Assembly: GCA_002189035.1 (NCBI GenBank)
Contig: NEEC01000019.1
Span: forward strand, 372,001 to 436,000
DNA length: 64,000 nt
Direction of reading: 5' to 3'
Source of the DNA: Utricularia gibba
Lineage: Eukaryota; Plantae; Magnoliophyta
Numbering within the stretch: position 1 is the first letter of the stretch; each line of letters starts with the position of its first letter. The notes beneath the pieces are model-generated. The model was not told the origin of the DNA. It ran no database searches and worked only from the letters and a program-made list of their open reading frames with translations. Of the stretch, positions 12,618 to 25,926 are shown piece by piece. A program made the position numbers and the translations under genes.

Positions 12618-13189
12618 GGGCAAATTTCATTAAAGCCATTAAACTTATCTTCGGTTTTCAATTTTGGCATCAAAGTTTTTTTGTTACATTAAAATTATTA
12701 AACATATCAAAATCGTTTAATTTTAAAAATAAACATATAAAATTCATTTTTTATTTATGTAAACTGATATTTGCATGGATTTAATTAAAGTATAATTCAA
12801 TCTAATAAAACATTTCACTAAATTCATCAAAAATTAATACAAAAATTGATTTTTTTGTCTTTGATTACAAATAAAATAGTTTTTATATTGTTAATAATTT
12901 TCGTATAATGATTTAATTATGATTAAGTTTTTTAATGAATAAATTTTTTATGATGAAAATGAAATTGTATTTATATTAAATGTATTTAGTGAAACTTTAT
13001 ATTAAATCAGATTATATTTTCATTAAATCAGATTTATCATTGTTTTATTCAATTACAAAAAATCAATTTTTATATTTATATTTGAAATGAAAAGTTTTTT
13101 ATATGTTTAATGATTTACTGAAACAAAAAAACTTTGATGCCAAAATTGAAAACGGACTATAAATTTAATGGTTTTAATGAAATTTTTCC
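12618..13189. mobile_element. Long-TIR (Mutator-like) MITE, copy 1
   Basis: ~90-bp imperfect TIRs (GGGCAAATTTCATTAAAGCCATTAAA... versus the reverse complement of the right end). A near-identical second copy is at 32007. No clean TSD. Confidence 0.8.
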
Positions 13190-13301
13190 TAAAATAAAAT
13201 AACTTAAACCTTGAATTTATTTAACATTGAGAAACAATAATCGAGGAAAAAAATTAGTTAAATTTACAGTCGTTCGCCGGTGGGCGGGCTTTGATGTTTT
13301 C

Positions 13302-14426
13302 ATGGAGGGAGTCGGCGCTAGATTCGGGAGATCCTCGTCTCGCTACGGCGGCCCGGCCACCGTGTTCACCGGTCCAGTTCGCAAGTGGGCGAAAAAGTGG
13401 GTTCACGTGGCGCCTTCGAGTTCCAATTCGAACCACAATCACCATCACGGTGCCACGGTGAACGGATCTTCTCGTCTTCTACTTTACAAGTGGACGCCCA
13501 TGGCTTCTAACGCTAACAACAGCAACGACGAAGACGGCGACACCGGAAACGGTAACAAGCCCGCTTCGGAAGAGCGTCCCAGGAAAAAATTTAGGCACAT
13601 CCCGGTACGGATTGCTAGTTTGTTTGAGTCTCATTTCTGAATCATGTTGCTGTTTTACTGTCGATGGTGAGTGGATGACTGAATTCGTGTGAAAGATTTA
13701 GGCCCAATTGGGAAATTTCGGCCTGGAACACTATTTAGGGTTTTGGTGATCGATCCATCGTTGTTTTGGCAATTAACTTAACCTACCACTACCATTTCAA
13801 GTTGGATTCTTTATGGAAAATGATTCAACCCTTCTCGCTCGTTCATCCCGTTCATCAGGATTGTTAACGATTTTGAGGCTGCAACCTTTATATTCTGTTT
13901 TGGGTACTATCGCCCTTTTTTGTAAGTTAAGTGAGAAAGTGTGAAGTTTCGATCCTTGTTCTGTATGTGTCTAATCAATATGTATCTTATTCTGTTTTGT
14001 GCCCAGTATAGAGCTCATATGCAATTGCAATTTTTACCAACTGGTTCATGTGTTCATCTCGAATCACTTCTTTGGTCTTACAGATAGTTGTTTTGGAAGA
14101 TCAAAATCAAGCATCGCCAGATCGAGCTGATGACGAGGCCATACCTGATGACAACGAGGATAACACGGCGGAGACACCACCGGAGAATGATGGAAACAAG
14201 GATGAGAAGCCCGACATCAATTTCATTCCAGTGGATGAAAACCAGGTACCCTCCTACTTGAGGGATTGTGTCACTTTGAATCACGTGTTCAACTTCCTGC
14301 AAGAAGCCTGCTTTTATCCTCTGACTGCAGCATCCTTGTGCTCAGGGCTCTGAACGGCAGGACCTGAACGAGGCTACTCTGGATTTGAGTTTGGGTCTCA
14401 AGGCTCGCGATGGAGACGCAGATTGA
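13302..14426 (+). CDS. BCL7-like SWI/SNF-associated protein (BDH/BCL7 family), 181 aa
   Basis: Exons 13302-13604, 14084-14245 and 14346-14426. MEGVGARFGRSSSRYGGPATVFTGPVRKW, LLLYKWTP and RKKFRHIP match the family as recalled. C-terminal LDLSLGL is EAR-like. Confidence 0.88.
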
Positions 14427-15659
14427 AAAGCTGAAGCCCTTCTTAGCCTTGAAGAGAAGAGCTCAACTCAAAACACACAGTTGTGGAGACGGTTATTTTT
14501 TTCAAAATTCTTGCGGACATGAACCTTGTCGAAGCAAGTCAATTAACCCATGAAATCGATGTGTGGTATGAATCAGTATTCATGTTGTTAATTTTTATGT
14601 AGTTTAACGTTGGTGACAAGGGACTATATGCGAATTTCGGTAAAATTTCTGTCCGTTGGATCCCGGAGGGTTGTAACAACACGCTGGCCTTTGGATCCAT
14701 CGTCCTTAGTGCCACGTCATTTTCATTAGACGACGTGGAGATATTATGTGACAGCTCGAGAAGCCCTGGTATCTGTCTCTGGTTTATCCGGTGCTCTCTC
14801 TGTCTCCCAGTTGCGCGACGGTCGGTTTGCGACGGTTTGCTTGCATTTCTCAAGCCTCAATTCTTTCGGTACCTTGTATGGCGGTTCTGAAGGGCGAGAT
14901 ATTAGATTCTTCTGGAGGATTTTGGCTGAATATCTACTCAGTATCCAGCTTTGGTGAAGATTTTCTTGATTTGATATTCTGAGGCTTTAGTTATATTTTG
15001 AATATGCTATGTTTGATACGGAAAAACATCGCTATTGTTTCTTCATTAGTTAGCGATTTTCAATTTGAATTAAAATCCTTACATAATTGTTTTACCTGCT
15101 TTAGAGAATCTCCAACGATTTCCACAAAAGACATGGTGATTCCATTTTGCTTATTAAATTTTCGGAAATCATTGTATACATGTAATTTTGTTTCCGTATA
15201 TCCGTAGAATGGAATATCCGTTTCCATTATGGAAATTCCATTAAACTAGGTGGTAAAATAAGGCGCATCTCTTTTTTTTTTCTCCACTCACGCTAAAAAG
15301 AGCAACGTCGTCAAAGCTGTCTTCAGTCTGTTCTTCCGCAGTGTAGTTTCTGCCTTCGTAAGTCATGGGTTTACCAGCTGATCTACTCAGATGCCAGAAG
15401 CTTGAGGATCTATAAGGAAAGTTACGGTCGGAGATTACGGAGAGGAACTCTTGGCCAACAGCACCGCCAATTCCACTAACCCTTCCATTCTTACCCACAG
15501 AAGGTTCTTCCTCACTCACACCACATTTGAATCAGGTACTCTCATCATCCGATGCATCTATTTTGATAGTTACATGAATTTCTTTGATATAGGTTTTGGG
15601 TAATCAGGATATTAATGTTTACATAAATTTGATTGTGCTTTTTTATAGGATACTTGATA

Positions 15660-16959
15660 GAGTATTAGTTTCTACAAGGTGGTGTGAAGAAGATAAACTC
15701 ATTTTTGTTTCGCCTTGACTTAACATAAGCAAGGATTCAGAGCGTGGAACTTCAGAAATAGTTTGTGGCAAAAAATACGTGAGTATTATTATCAAGTTGG
15801 ACCAACTTGAGCTCGTACTCAAGATACAATTTTTCGAAAATGTTTCTATAAGCAAGTTTAGTGGTTGTTTTGATCGTATTGTTGCAAGAGGAGGGAGCGG
15901 ATTCAATGAACATGATTTTAAGCAACAAGCTTTATAATTGTACAAAGTTGAAGTGAATAAAGATTTTCTTGATATCAAGTGTTGGGAGATACCACGTAAT
16001 GAGCCGAAATAAATGTCGGTAAGAAATGTTATGTTTTGTTGAATTTATTTGTTATTAGTTCTAATGTTTTTTTTTTTTTTTTTTGCAAGACTAATGTAAT
16101 AACAAGTGCTAGTCCAGTAACTCAACTTCAAAGCACTATGGAATCACTATCAAATGAGTATGGTAAATTTCTAATACACTTAATCTTTATATTTACTTTC
16201 TATTGTTTATTTCTTATTATTTATTCATACTTTTTTTAGGCTTGATAACATTGAAACATCACCTATTCCACTAGAAGAAAGACCAATTGGGCAAAAGGCG
16301 GCAAAGCGTAAACACATGGAAAAACAAGTGGCTAGATTAAATTCTAAACAAGTTGCATATTCAAGACTTCAAGATGATATCAAGGTAATGAAGATGAGTA
16401 TTGATAAGAGAAATGAATTGATGTGGCAATTCAATCAACTATAAATAGCATCATTGACAAATGATCTTTTAAAGTTAGATGTTGCAAGTATGACTTCGAA
16501 ATAAAAGAAGAGATGAGTATTGATAAGAGAAATGATTGATGTGGCAATTCAATCAACTATATATGGCATCCTTGACAAATGAGCTTTCAAAGGTAGATGT
16601 TGTAAGTATGACTCTGAAACAAAAGAAGAGATGAGTATTGATAAGAGAAATGAATTGATGTGACAATTTAATCAACTATGTATGGCATCATTGACAAATG
16701 AGCTTTCAAAGGTAGATGTCGCAAGTATGACTCCGAAATAAAAGAAGACAGGAGTATTGATAAGAGAAATGAATTGATGTGGCAATTCAATCAATTATAT
16801 ATGGCATCATTGACAAATGAGCTTTCAAAGGTAGATGTTGCAAGTATGACTCCGGAACAAAAAAAGATGCAAGAACTTGTATATCATGGTCTCGCTAATG
16901 CTTCAATAATTTCTGCCCCAATTATCCGAAACCAAGAAGAGGATGCATCGGATGATTAA
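15660..16959 (+). pseudogene. PIF/Harbinger ORF1 (Myb/SANT-like, NAM-associated C-terminus)
   Basis: RWCEEDKLIFVSP*LNISKDS, SKFSGCFDRI and KCWEIPRNEPK* are recognisable, with several stops and frameshifts. Confidence 0.75.
16394..16868 (+). repeat. Four-copy ~119-bp tandem repeat
   Basis: ATGAGTATTGATAAGAGAAATGAATTG... units start at 16394, 16513, 16631 and 16750. Confidence 0.95.
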
Positions 16960-18039
16960 TATTATTGTATTTGACTTTGAAGTATGATTTCCATTAGAGA
17001 CTTGCGTTTAGGATAACTCGTTTGTATTTTTGTGATGCAATCCTGTGTTGATTAAAAACTTGTTATCTTAGTCATTATCCCAGCAGAGACTTTCGGGATT
17101 ATCTTGGACTGCAGATGATGAAAGCTTGAGAAAAACTAGTACTTCAGCAGATACTTTCAGGGCAGCTTGTAAATCCTGCTTTTGGAAAATTATTCTGATC
17201 ATGCTCATTCTCGGACCCCTGAGACCACACCAGCAGGTGACAACAGAAATCCTAGTGGTCAAAGAGTTGAGTTCTTTGATCCAAGGCATACTTCGTCCAC
17301 CATCAAGATGAGTGATTCTGTGATAAAGGGTATGGAGATCCTGCATTTCAAGGGCGAAGAAAGAGGACGGGGACTTTCATGATCATCATTTTTTTCCCAT
17401 TTCCAACTGGTAATCAACTCTGATTTCAAATGTAGTCTCTCTTGTAAGATATTGTGCTCTGCCCGTGTGCCATTCAACTCACAATTTAATTTATTGAATT
17501 TTGAACTTGTTAATCGTTTTTAACTTATAAATAAGATTATCACTTTGTTATGCTATTTCAATGTAAAAAAAATTGATAAATGAATTGTTATTAGAAGTTT
17601 ATAAAAATTAAATTTTTAGATCTAAATAAAAGTGTTTGGTAGTGACAAAAAAATATGTTGATTGAATAAATTGTTGATGCAGGAAAGAGAAAATCTTGGG
17701 AAGAAACAAAGAAATAATGCTTATAACATCACGTTAGATGAAAAACAACTCATAAACAATAAGAATGATCAAAAACTTAACACACACAAGTTCCGAATAG
17801 AGTACATATATACCCAATACCTAGGTTACTCAATAATGGGCCACAATCAATAAAAACACACAAAAAAGCTCAACAACTCGAACACAACACTTTATTAATT
17901 GAAACATGACTTCATGACACAGGATTAATACTTCCAATCACCTTCAAACTTTAGACTTAGGCTAATCTCCAACATAAATTTGTAGTTAATATGAGTAGAT
18001 TGATTAAAATTAAATTAATTTGATGTAATTGATTACTTT

Positions 18040-19085
18040 TGTCACCATCCACCTTATACAGATGAACAATTCTGCCGAAGATTTCGAATGCACCGACACT
18101 TATTTGAACGGATTGTTGATACACTCAAAGGAGTAGATCCATTTTTTTAGGAAAAGTTAGATTGCACTAGTCGACTTGGATTGAGTGCATTACAAAAGTG
18201 CACAGCACCTATTCGAATGCTAGCATATGGATGTGGGGCAGATAGTGTTGATGAATACATTCGTATTGGAGAGAAAACATCCATAGATTGTCTTCGTCAC
18301 TTTATTACTACTATTCGTTCATGTTTTTCGACGGAATATTTAATGTTGCCAACAATAGAGGACCTAGAACATTTGCTTACATGGGGAGAATCTCGTAGAT
18401 TTCCTGGAATGCATGGAAGTGTAGCCTGTATGCATTGAGAGTGGAAAAATTGCCCAGTAGCATGACAATGTCAATTTAAACGTGGAGACCATCGCAAACC
18501 TTCGCTCATGTTAGGAATGTCAGTAGCATGGCACGCTTTTTTTTGGAATGCCAGTGCGAATAACAATATAAATGTTCTATGGCATTCACCTTTGCTGAAT
18601 GAGTTACACAATGGTGTCGCTCCAAGAGTAGACTTTACTATCAATGGTAATAATTATGACATGGGATATTATTTGACAGATGGAATTTATCCTGAATGGC
18701 CTATTTTTATGAAGTCCATTACACTGCCTCAAGGTCGAAAAGCCTGGCTATTTTTACAATTACAAGAGAGTGTCAGAAAAGATATAGAACACACCTGTGG
18801 GATCTTACAAATCCAATTTGCGATTCTGACAATGCCAACAAGAGTTGGGATCGAAAGACGCTAGGAGATATTATATATGCATGTATCATATTGCATAATA
18901 GGATAATTGAAGATGAAGGTCATATAATTCCTACTGATAATGCTGAATATGATTATGATCGTTGTTCAGCAGTTAATCCTCCGGAAAATTATCAGAATGC
19001 TCATATAAATTTTCAAAGTTATCTCGGACGTGTGGAACACTCATGTGATATCAACATCCATTGATAGTTAAAAAAGGACTTGATT
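18040..19085 (+). pseudogene. PIF/Harbinger DDE transposase (Plant_tran type)
   Basis: FCRRFRMHRHLFERI, LQKCTAPIRMLAYG, FPGMHGSVACMH*EWKNCP, YYLTDGIYPEW and ACIILHNRIIEDE, with stops and frameshifts. Confidence 0.92.
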
Positions 19086-19385
19086 AAGAATATTTGGACA
19101 AATTTCAATTGATATTTTGTATGTATGATTTTTATTTTTAGTTGTTCTAATTATATTCAAATTGATCTTCATAATTTATTTTGATATTGTATGTTTTTTA
19201 ACATTTCATCAATTATCTTCTCTCTCTTTCAATTATATTTATTTTCAGAAATGATTGTAAAGAAAATAGAAATTTAGTAATTGGATTTTCGGAAATGTAA
19301 TAAGAGTGACATGGCACTCCATATTTCCGGAAACCATTGTAGATGCTCTTATGCATCAGAGTGTTGGACTAGTCCTTGATTGAGG

Positions 19386-22300
19386 ATGGAATTTGATATT
19401 GCAAACCGTGTTTGTTACACATTGCAAATGGTAGCAGGGCTTGCTCGTATGATGGATACGTGGTATCGGAATCTGATTCAAAGGTTATCTATCACAATGA
19501 AAGTCATGGATTTTTGAACGCCAACATTCTTTATTCACTTGTGATTTTTATTTTTGTGTTAGATATTGAGTGACTCAGATAAGGTCCTATCCAAAAAGAT
19601 TGGAAAGGTCAAGGTTCGTTGTCTGTACTTTAGAAGTGGATGCACTTGGGATGGTGCCCTTTCTGACTACATAAAGCACTACTCTTTGTATCCATTTGGA
19701 AATTCACCTGTAATTTGCAATCGATGTGGCATACAAATTGTGCACGTCAAGTGCATGAACATGCACACTTTTGCCTAGTAAGTGATGCATTTTGCCTTTT
19801 ACATGTTTATGGGAATTTGAATTCAATAGTTTTGTGATGTCTGTAGGGTCGAATGGTTTCCAGTTTAACTGAGTTGATCACAACTATTGGAGATGTAAAC
19901 CAGAACTCGGGTAAATCAATTGAACAGAATCCTTCATCTCATAACGTTCTTGATGCTTCTGCTGCACCCTTATCTGGGCATTATCCAGGCATGCCTCTGA
20001 CAAGCGATTCCCATGCCCCCTCCATAGTTCCCATTGCATTCCCAACTCAGGATCAGTGGTATCAACAGCAATATCAGTAGTATTATGTAGAGTATGCTGG
20101 CTTTGATCCTTTTCAACAGTCCAATCAACAGAGTTCCAGTTCTGGTGTTCAGCAAGAACATCCTAAAAATCTAGTGTTGGTGTCGCAGCAATCTCATTCA
20201 TATCCGCCCCAGCTTGTATCACAAAGTCAATTGCAATTTCAGCTACCTAAGCAGCCTAATCATGTACAACAACCTCCACACCAGCTACTGCAACCTCAAG
20301 TCTAGGCCTATGTGCAATGGCATCCTCCCTTGCAAAACATATCTCAAGCCCCTGCTCAGTCGCATGTTCAGACTCAAGGGCTTTCCAGTGCATATGCTCC
20401 CGTAACTCCAACCCATAAGGCCACCATGCAGCCCTTGTATCATCCTCCGGTTCGACCTCCCATGCAGATTGCCTCCGAGTCATTCTACACAGCAAGGGCC
20501 ATTGCTCCATTAGGTAGATGTGAAGCCCCAACATCCACTCGTCACTCTACAACAAGCTCCCTTGCAGGTTCAATATCCAGTTGCCTCGCAGATCCCTCCT
20601 CGGCCTCAAAAACCTTATTGCTCCCAGTCACAGCCTCTTAGCTTCTCGAATGCTGCACCTTTACTAGCTTCGCGGCCACCATTTGCTCCTGTTAATTCTT
20701 ATCAGCAACATCAACTAGCACATATGATTCATCTACAAGATCAAGTGCTTACTTGTCAACCAGCTATACCATTGAATTCAGTTCAGAGTCTAGACCCAGT
20801 TGCTCAGCTTCCACCTCCTGATGTTTTAGTGGTTCAGGGTTAGTTGCCGGTGTTGCCACTACAGAATTTTGTACCTGGTGCTGCACATACCTAGAATCAG
20901 CAATTTCAGTCTCATGAACAGAAACTAGTTCAAACTCATTCATATGTGCATCCTGTTCAACAAGATGTGACCCAACAGAATTCTATGACTTCTTTTGATT
21001 TCCAAACACATCAACAAGGATATGTTCTTTAGCAAAGCAGCACACAGATCCAGATACGTCTCTTTGTTCATCTTCACCAGCAGCGACCTCAAAATTATAC
21101 TCCAGAGCTCATGACTCCTAGCTAAGAGATGAATAAACAAAGCTGTTCGTCTCATTCTGGAGATTTTGGTCTTGTTGATCATGCTGGTTCTGCCGCAGCA
21201 ATGGTGTAAGAATTAGCGAATAAGAAAAAGTTGAATTCTCCGGTTGCTCTACAGAATGCTTTTATTTCAGGAAATTTATCTCTTTTAAGAAGACTTGATT
21301 TCAAGCCTATCCTTAGGGAACTTGCGGTTCAGACTGGTCGTGGTGCAGCAAGCAATGATTTGCACAAATCAACATTGAAAAGTGTAGAGAATAATTCAAA
21401 AGCCATGTCCAGTGCATTTCATATGAAATCCTCTAATGCTGGATATGATGAAGTTGAGTTTTCAAAGAAAGAACTGAATTCTGTTATACATTCTGATTCC
21501 TAGCAAGGTGGCCTTCACAAACATGACAAGAAAATACACACTTCATTGGCATGTTCTAGTGTTGAGTCAGACTTATTAATGCAACAATCTTATGGTGCTC
21601 ATGAACAAGATCATGAAGCCCAACCACAAGGGCAGCCTCTCACGATGCAAGTTCAATTGCCTTGTATGTCCGTCCGTCAAAGGAGTATCATCACTGGCCT
21701 TCCTGTCCCTGTTGTTGAAAACTTTGAATGTCAATTCACTATTCATGGTTTAGCCTCGTCCACATTATCTGATAAACATGGGACCAAGGTAAGATCTAAC
21801 GTTTGCACTGAGAGACAGTATGACTCACAACACGGTGTAACATATGATCTAGAATCATTGAGAAACTAGGGGTCGTCAGGGTATGGAGGAGAGCCTATAC
21901 GTAAAGATCATGTAGGTGATTCTGCTCCTTTGAGGATGAAGAGCAAGGCTTCTCATGATTCTTCCAATTGTTACTCTCAGGGTGAGATGGGTAAGACGTT
22001 GACTAGAGAAAATTTAACATTTTCCAATTGTGCATACATATGCTGTTGAATTTGGTCAGTTTTAAACGTTCACTTTCTCACTTGTGTCATATGAGAGGAT
22101 ATAACTGCCCTCCACCCTCAAATTCCTAATGGGTATCTGTTTACAGATTTAGCATCAGGGACTTATGGTAAGGGAAATCTGGGGCATAATCTTTATGATG
22201 TAAAATATTACCAGATCAGGCATCAACTTGGAGATGCTGATATTAACAGATATGGCCACTTGGGAATGAAGCATTTCCTTCACCAAAGTCCTGATCGGAA

Positions 22301-23217
22301 TCATATGGGATTTTTGTCCCATGAACTTCGTGGCCCTTTTTTTACATTTGATGATATAGTTGCTCATAATGGGCTAGGATTTGGTGAGGGGCTCAGATCT
22401 TTTGAAAACAGTATCTTAAATACTTTTTATACTCATCCTCTGAGAAGAGGTCACATGGATGGCCCTGGATATCATAGAAGAAGTGGTGAGCACATGGCTC
22501 CTAGGTTCTTTCATACCCGACCTGGATTAAACTGCGGTTTGGGGCCATATAAGCCTGAAAATTTTGTGAAAGAGCATTTTTCAGAACCAGGTCTTCGTTT
22601 TGAAGACTGTAATATTGCTGAAACTAGTGGAATTGGTGTTATGCATAGATATGGCCACACTGGTGCATTCGTTAGACCATCTGTTTTACCTAGTTCACCT
22701 GTAAGTGAACGTGTCTGGCATGGCACATCAAACATCCCACAGTTTGAAGAGCCTACATTGATGAGAAATTTGGTCCCTGTGGTTGGTAGCCATGCTGTAA
22801 GCACTACAGTTTTCTGGATGTTTGAGATGCTTTTTTTAATTTTTTACTAGCTTTTTTGTGTCTTTTTATCCCTACCCTTCCTTTTCTTATTGATCTGGTG
22901 ATGTGGGCACTATTAATCAGTATAGGAAAAGGAAGCCCTCTAGTAGTGGATGGTGCAGGATATGTGAAGTTGATTGTGATACTATTGAAGGCCTAGAGTT
23001 GCACTCACAGAGGAGTGAGCACCAAAAAATGACCATGGATATGGTAGAAAAGATAAAACTATACAATAGAAGGTTGAAAAAAGTAGTTAACTTTTCTTTG
23101 GATATTTTAATGAATTCTCATATTTATGTTGATGTGATAAAGGATCGGTTGTCTATATGGTTGATGAAGGCAAGTCCAAGAGAACAGTCATCTTTGGTCA
23201 TGGATGGCAAGCATTGA
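19386..23217 (+). pseudogene. RING/TRAF-type zinc-finger protein with Gln/Pro-rich middle and C-terminal C2H2-like finger; intron-containing pseudogene
   Basis: CKPCL...RACSYDGYVVSESDSK, CLYFRSGCTWDG, GNSPVICNRCGIQIVH and WCRICEVDCDTIEGLELHSQRSEHQKM. The N-terminal RING appears partly deleted and there are many stops. Confidence 0.75.
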
Positions 23218-25757
23218 TGTGATTTTATTGCACGGTTAGGAACTGAAGGAACTTTTTCTATCTTTATGCACGTAAGATGTCACCCTTTTGCTTACTTGGG
23301 AGAATGATTTTTTTTAATATCAAAATAATGCTTTCATGGTGGTTCATGGCGGTTCATGGTAGTTTCTGGTTTAAGAGTCTCATGGTAGCCGATCATCTTG
23401 GTAGCTTTATTCATTTGATTATTTAGATTGTAATGTTGAAATGAATTTTTCTACTCTCAAGTCACTTATTCCTCTAATTCTCTTTTTTCCCCAGGTTATC
23501 TTTTTGTTAGCTCTTCTTAGCTTATTACTCCCAAGATTATTATCTTTTCCTTCAAGATTCTTCTAAACTTATTTGTGCTAAGAAAATTTCGTCTATTAGA
23601 AATGAGAATAACTTTACCTGTATTGTTCTTTAGAAAGAGGTATAGAGAATGTGTTCAAAATGTATGCTTCATGAGGTGGAACAAATGAATCAACCAAATG
23701 GATAAGACACATCCTGCCCCAGTAGACATATCTGACTGTAGGGGTATATACATGTAAAATGAAGGCTTCCTGAAATTAAACTTTAAAAATAGTCACATGT
23801 TAATTAATATACTTCAGAATATATGACTTATTTGCAATGGTGATTGAACACATGACAACACCTTTTAATTCTTAGGATGATGTCAAGATTGTTGCAGTAC
23901 TCTACACCTAGATAGTGAAAGATAATTTATTTCTTTTTGAGGTTATAGTGTAGTCTGCTTTCATAACTTGGTTTCAACTGTTGTTAAATAAAAAAATAGT
24001 GAAATTAGTGTTCATTTCATTAATAGAACTTAAATAGAACATCCATATGAGCATAATGAACTTGCATGTGCCGAAGTGTCCCTTGAATGGTATATGCTAA
24101 TTTCTTAGTAATATAGCATTGAATAGCAGTGAGTTTCGTCAATAAAAAATGGTGACATGACTACAACGTTATCTGTTTAGTCTGTTGTAACAAGTAGTGG
24201 CTTGTGTCTATTAGTGTTGGGAGTTCATTTTTATGTTAGAGTGCATGATGAAACAAGTGCTGACTTGTGTCTTCACATCTAATTCAATTCTATAGATAGG
24301 CCTGTTTTCTGCTATCAGAAACTACTCAGAATTATCGTTAGCTCTTAAAGTCATGTTCAAATAAGCTTTTGCTGCTATGCAAGCATTTATTTCTAGCTTC
24401 ATCGTAGTTCTAGTTATCAAGGCATTTACTCAAAAATTAGTGTCTTTATTTGCTTCGTTAATTAGCAAGAGACTTTCGTAATGTTTCACTACACACCAAG
24501 CTTCACCATGGGGAAACCTTTAGATAAAAATGTAGTCGATGGTGCACTTTTTAGGATTGTAAACAAAGAATGATTGCGGAAATCCTGATAAATTGTTAGT
24601 GATAAGGAACTAAATTGCAGCTTCATTCATGTCACCTAGCCAGCTTTTCCCAGCACCTTAGAAATAAACCTAGGGATTCTTTGGAAAAACAATCACCTAG
24701 AACACAATGGCATTGGGTTCTTTGAGAAATGCTGAGTACTTTGTGTTCTCTTGTATACATGAAATAATGTGAATTTAGGGAAATAGTAATATGTATAGTT
24801 GAGCCATAGTGAGTTACCACCACTTGCGCTTCTATTTCCTTTTCGCACATGGTGGAAGATGTGTTGATACTGGTCAATGTGTTTAAGGGGATAGTTTTCT
24901 TGTTTGTCTGCATGCTATTTGGTTTAGGCTCTCTGCTGGTAACTTCTAGGTGCTTCTATGGAGTAGGTTCGTATGTTGTTTTCCATCTCATGGAAACATA
25001 CTTTTCCCATAACCATTTGTTTAAAGAAATTTATCACTAAATATGTAACTGATTACGGTGTTAGTATTACTAAAACAGAAGTAATTAAGTTTTATTTTGT
25101 GTATGTTAGTATTGTTACTTTTACTATAATTGCAATCATAGGTTGTACATCCTCCAACCCTGCTCTCTTTATTAGGTTGGTGATGGAATCCAATTAATAT
25201 CGCATTTGAATTATTGTGGCGTTACAAAATCATGCTAATAACATGTTTATCTATGAGCCACTTTCATGTGAGATGTAGTCTGTTTATTATTCCATGATTT
25301 CTTCTTCCTTGTTAAGCAACAATTGAGCAGCAGCAGTTGCAACTCCAAGGACACCATCAAGAGCATCTTTTCCGTGTGGAAGGTGTGTCGTAAATCTCTT
25401 TGGTAATTTTTATTTGACATTTGATGTACATGGTTTGGAGAGATTATAGCATCAGATTTTCTTCAAGGATTATGATGATGCAACATCCCTTTCAATTTGC
25501 ATTGCCGATGCCCGGCCGGCGATTCCAGAACAAGTGCAAAGGTACTGCGTCGCATTGCACTTGATACCTAATGTTTCAGGATCAAGGATCTTTATGTCTC
25601 GGCAGTGTATATATTATAGTGTAACAAGAAGACAACATCCATGTATAGTGAAATGGCAGTGGATGTGTAAAAACCATACAAAGCCGCGCCAAACGACGTC
25701 TATGCCAAGAGAGGCCTCCATAAATGAAGCTGGGCACCCGGCGATGCAGCCCATGAA

Positions 25758-25926
25758 GTCGGACCATGTCCGACCCGTAAGTCCGTATCAAATGCGTGCC
25801 TAGTCGGATCATGTCCGGCCCATAAGCCAGTATCAAATGTGTGCCCAGTCGGATCATGTCCGGCCTGTAAGCCCATATCAAATGCAGCCCATTTGGACAA
25901 TGTCTAGCTCGTAAGTCTGTATCAAA
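25758..25926 (+). repeat. 45-bp tandem repeat, ~3.8 copies
   Basis: GTCGGA(C/T)CATGTCCG... at 25758, 25803, 25848 and a degenerate copy at ~25893. Confidence 0.9.

Larger units (their letters stand above)
15104..19348 (+). mobile_element. PIF/Harbinger DNA transposon, decayed
   Basis: TIRs GAGAATCTCCAACGATTTCC and GAGCATCTACAATGGTTTCC (16/20 match), TTA TSD at 15101-15103 and 19349-19351, and two characteristic ORFs. Confidence 0.9.

Noticed and set aside
16394-16868. CRISPR-like regular array
   Set aside because: The units are contiguous tandem copies without unique spacers, lie in a plant transposon, and there are no cas genes.
15546-16956. 14-nt inverted match GATGCATCGGATGA flanking Harbinger ORF1
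   Set aside because: It is short, largely a GATGCATC palindrome, and has no TSD or other support.
17656-17889. Copia-like solo LTR (TGTTG...CAACA) inside the Harbinger
   Set aside because: Neither candidate end gives a matching 5-bp TSD.
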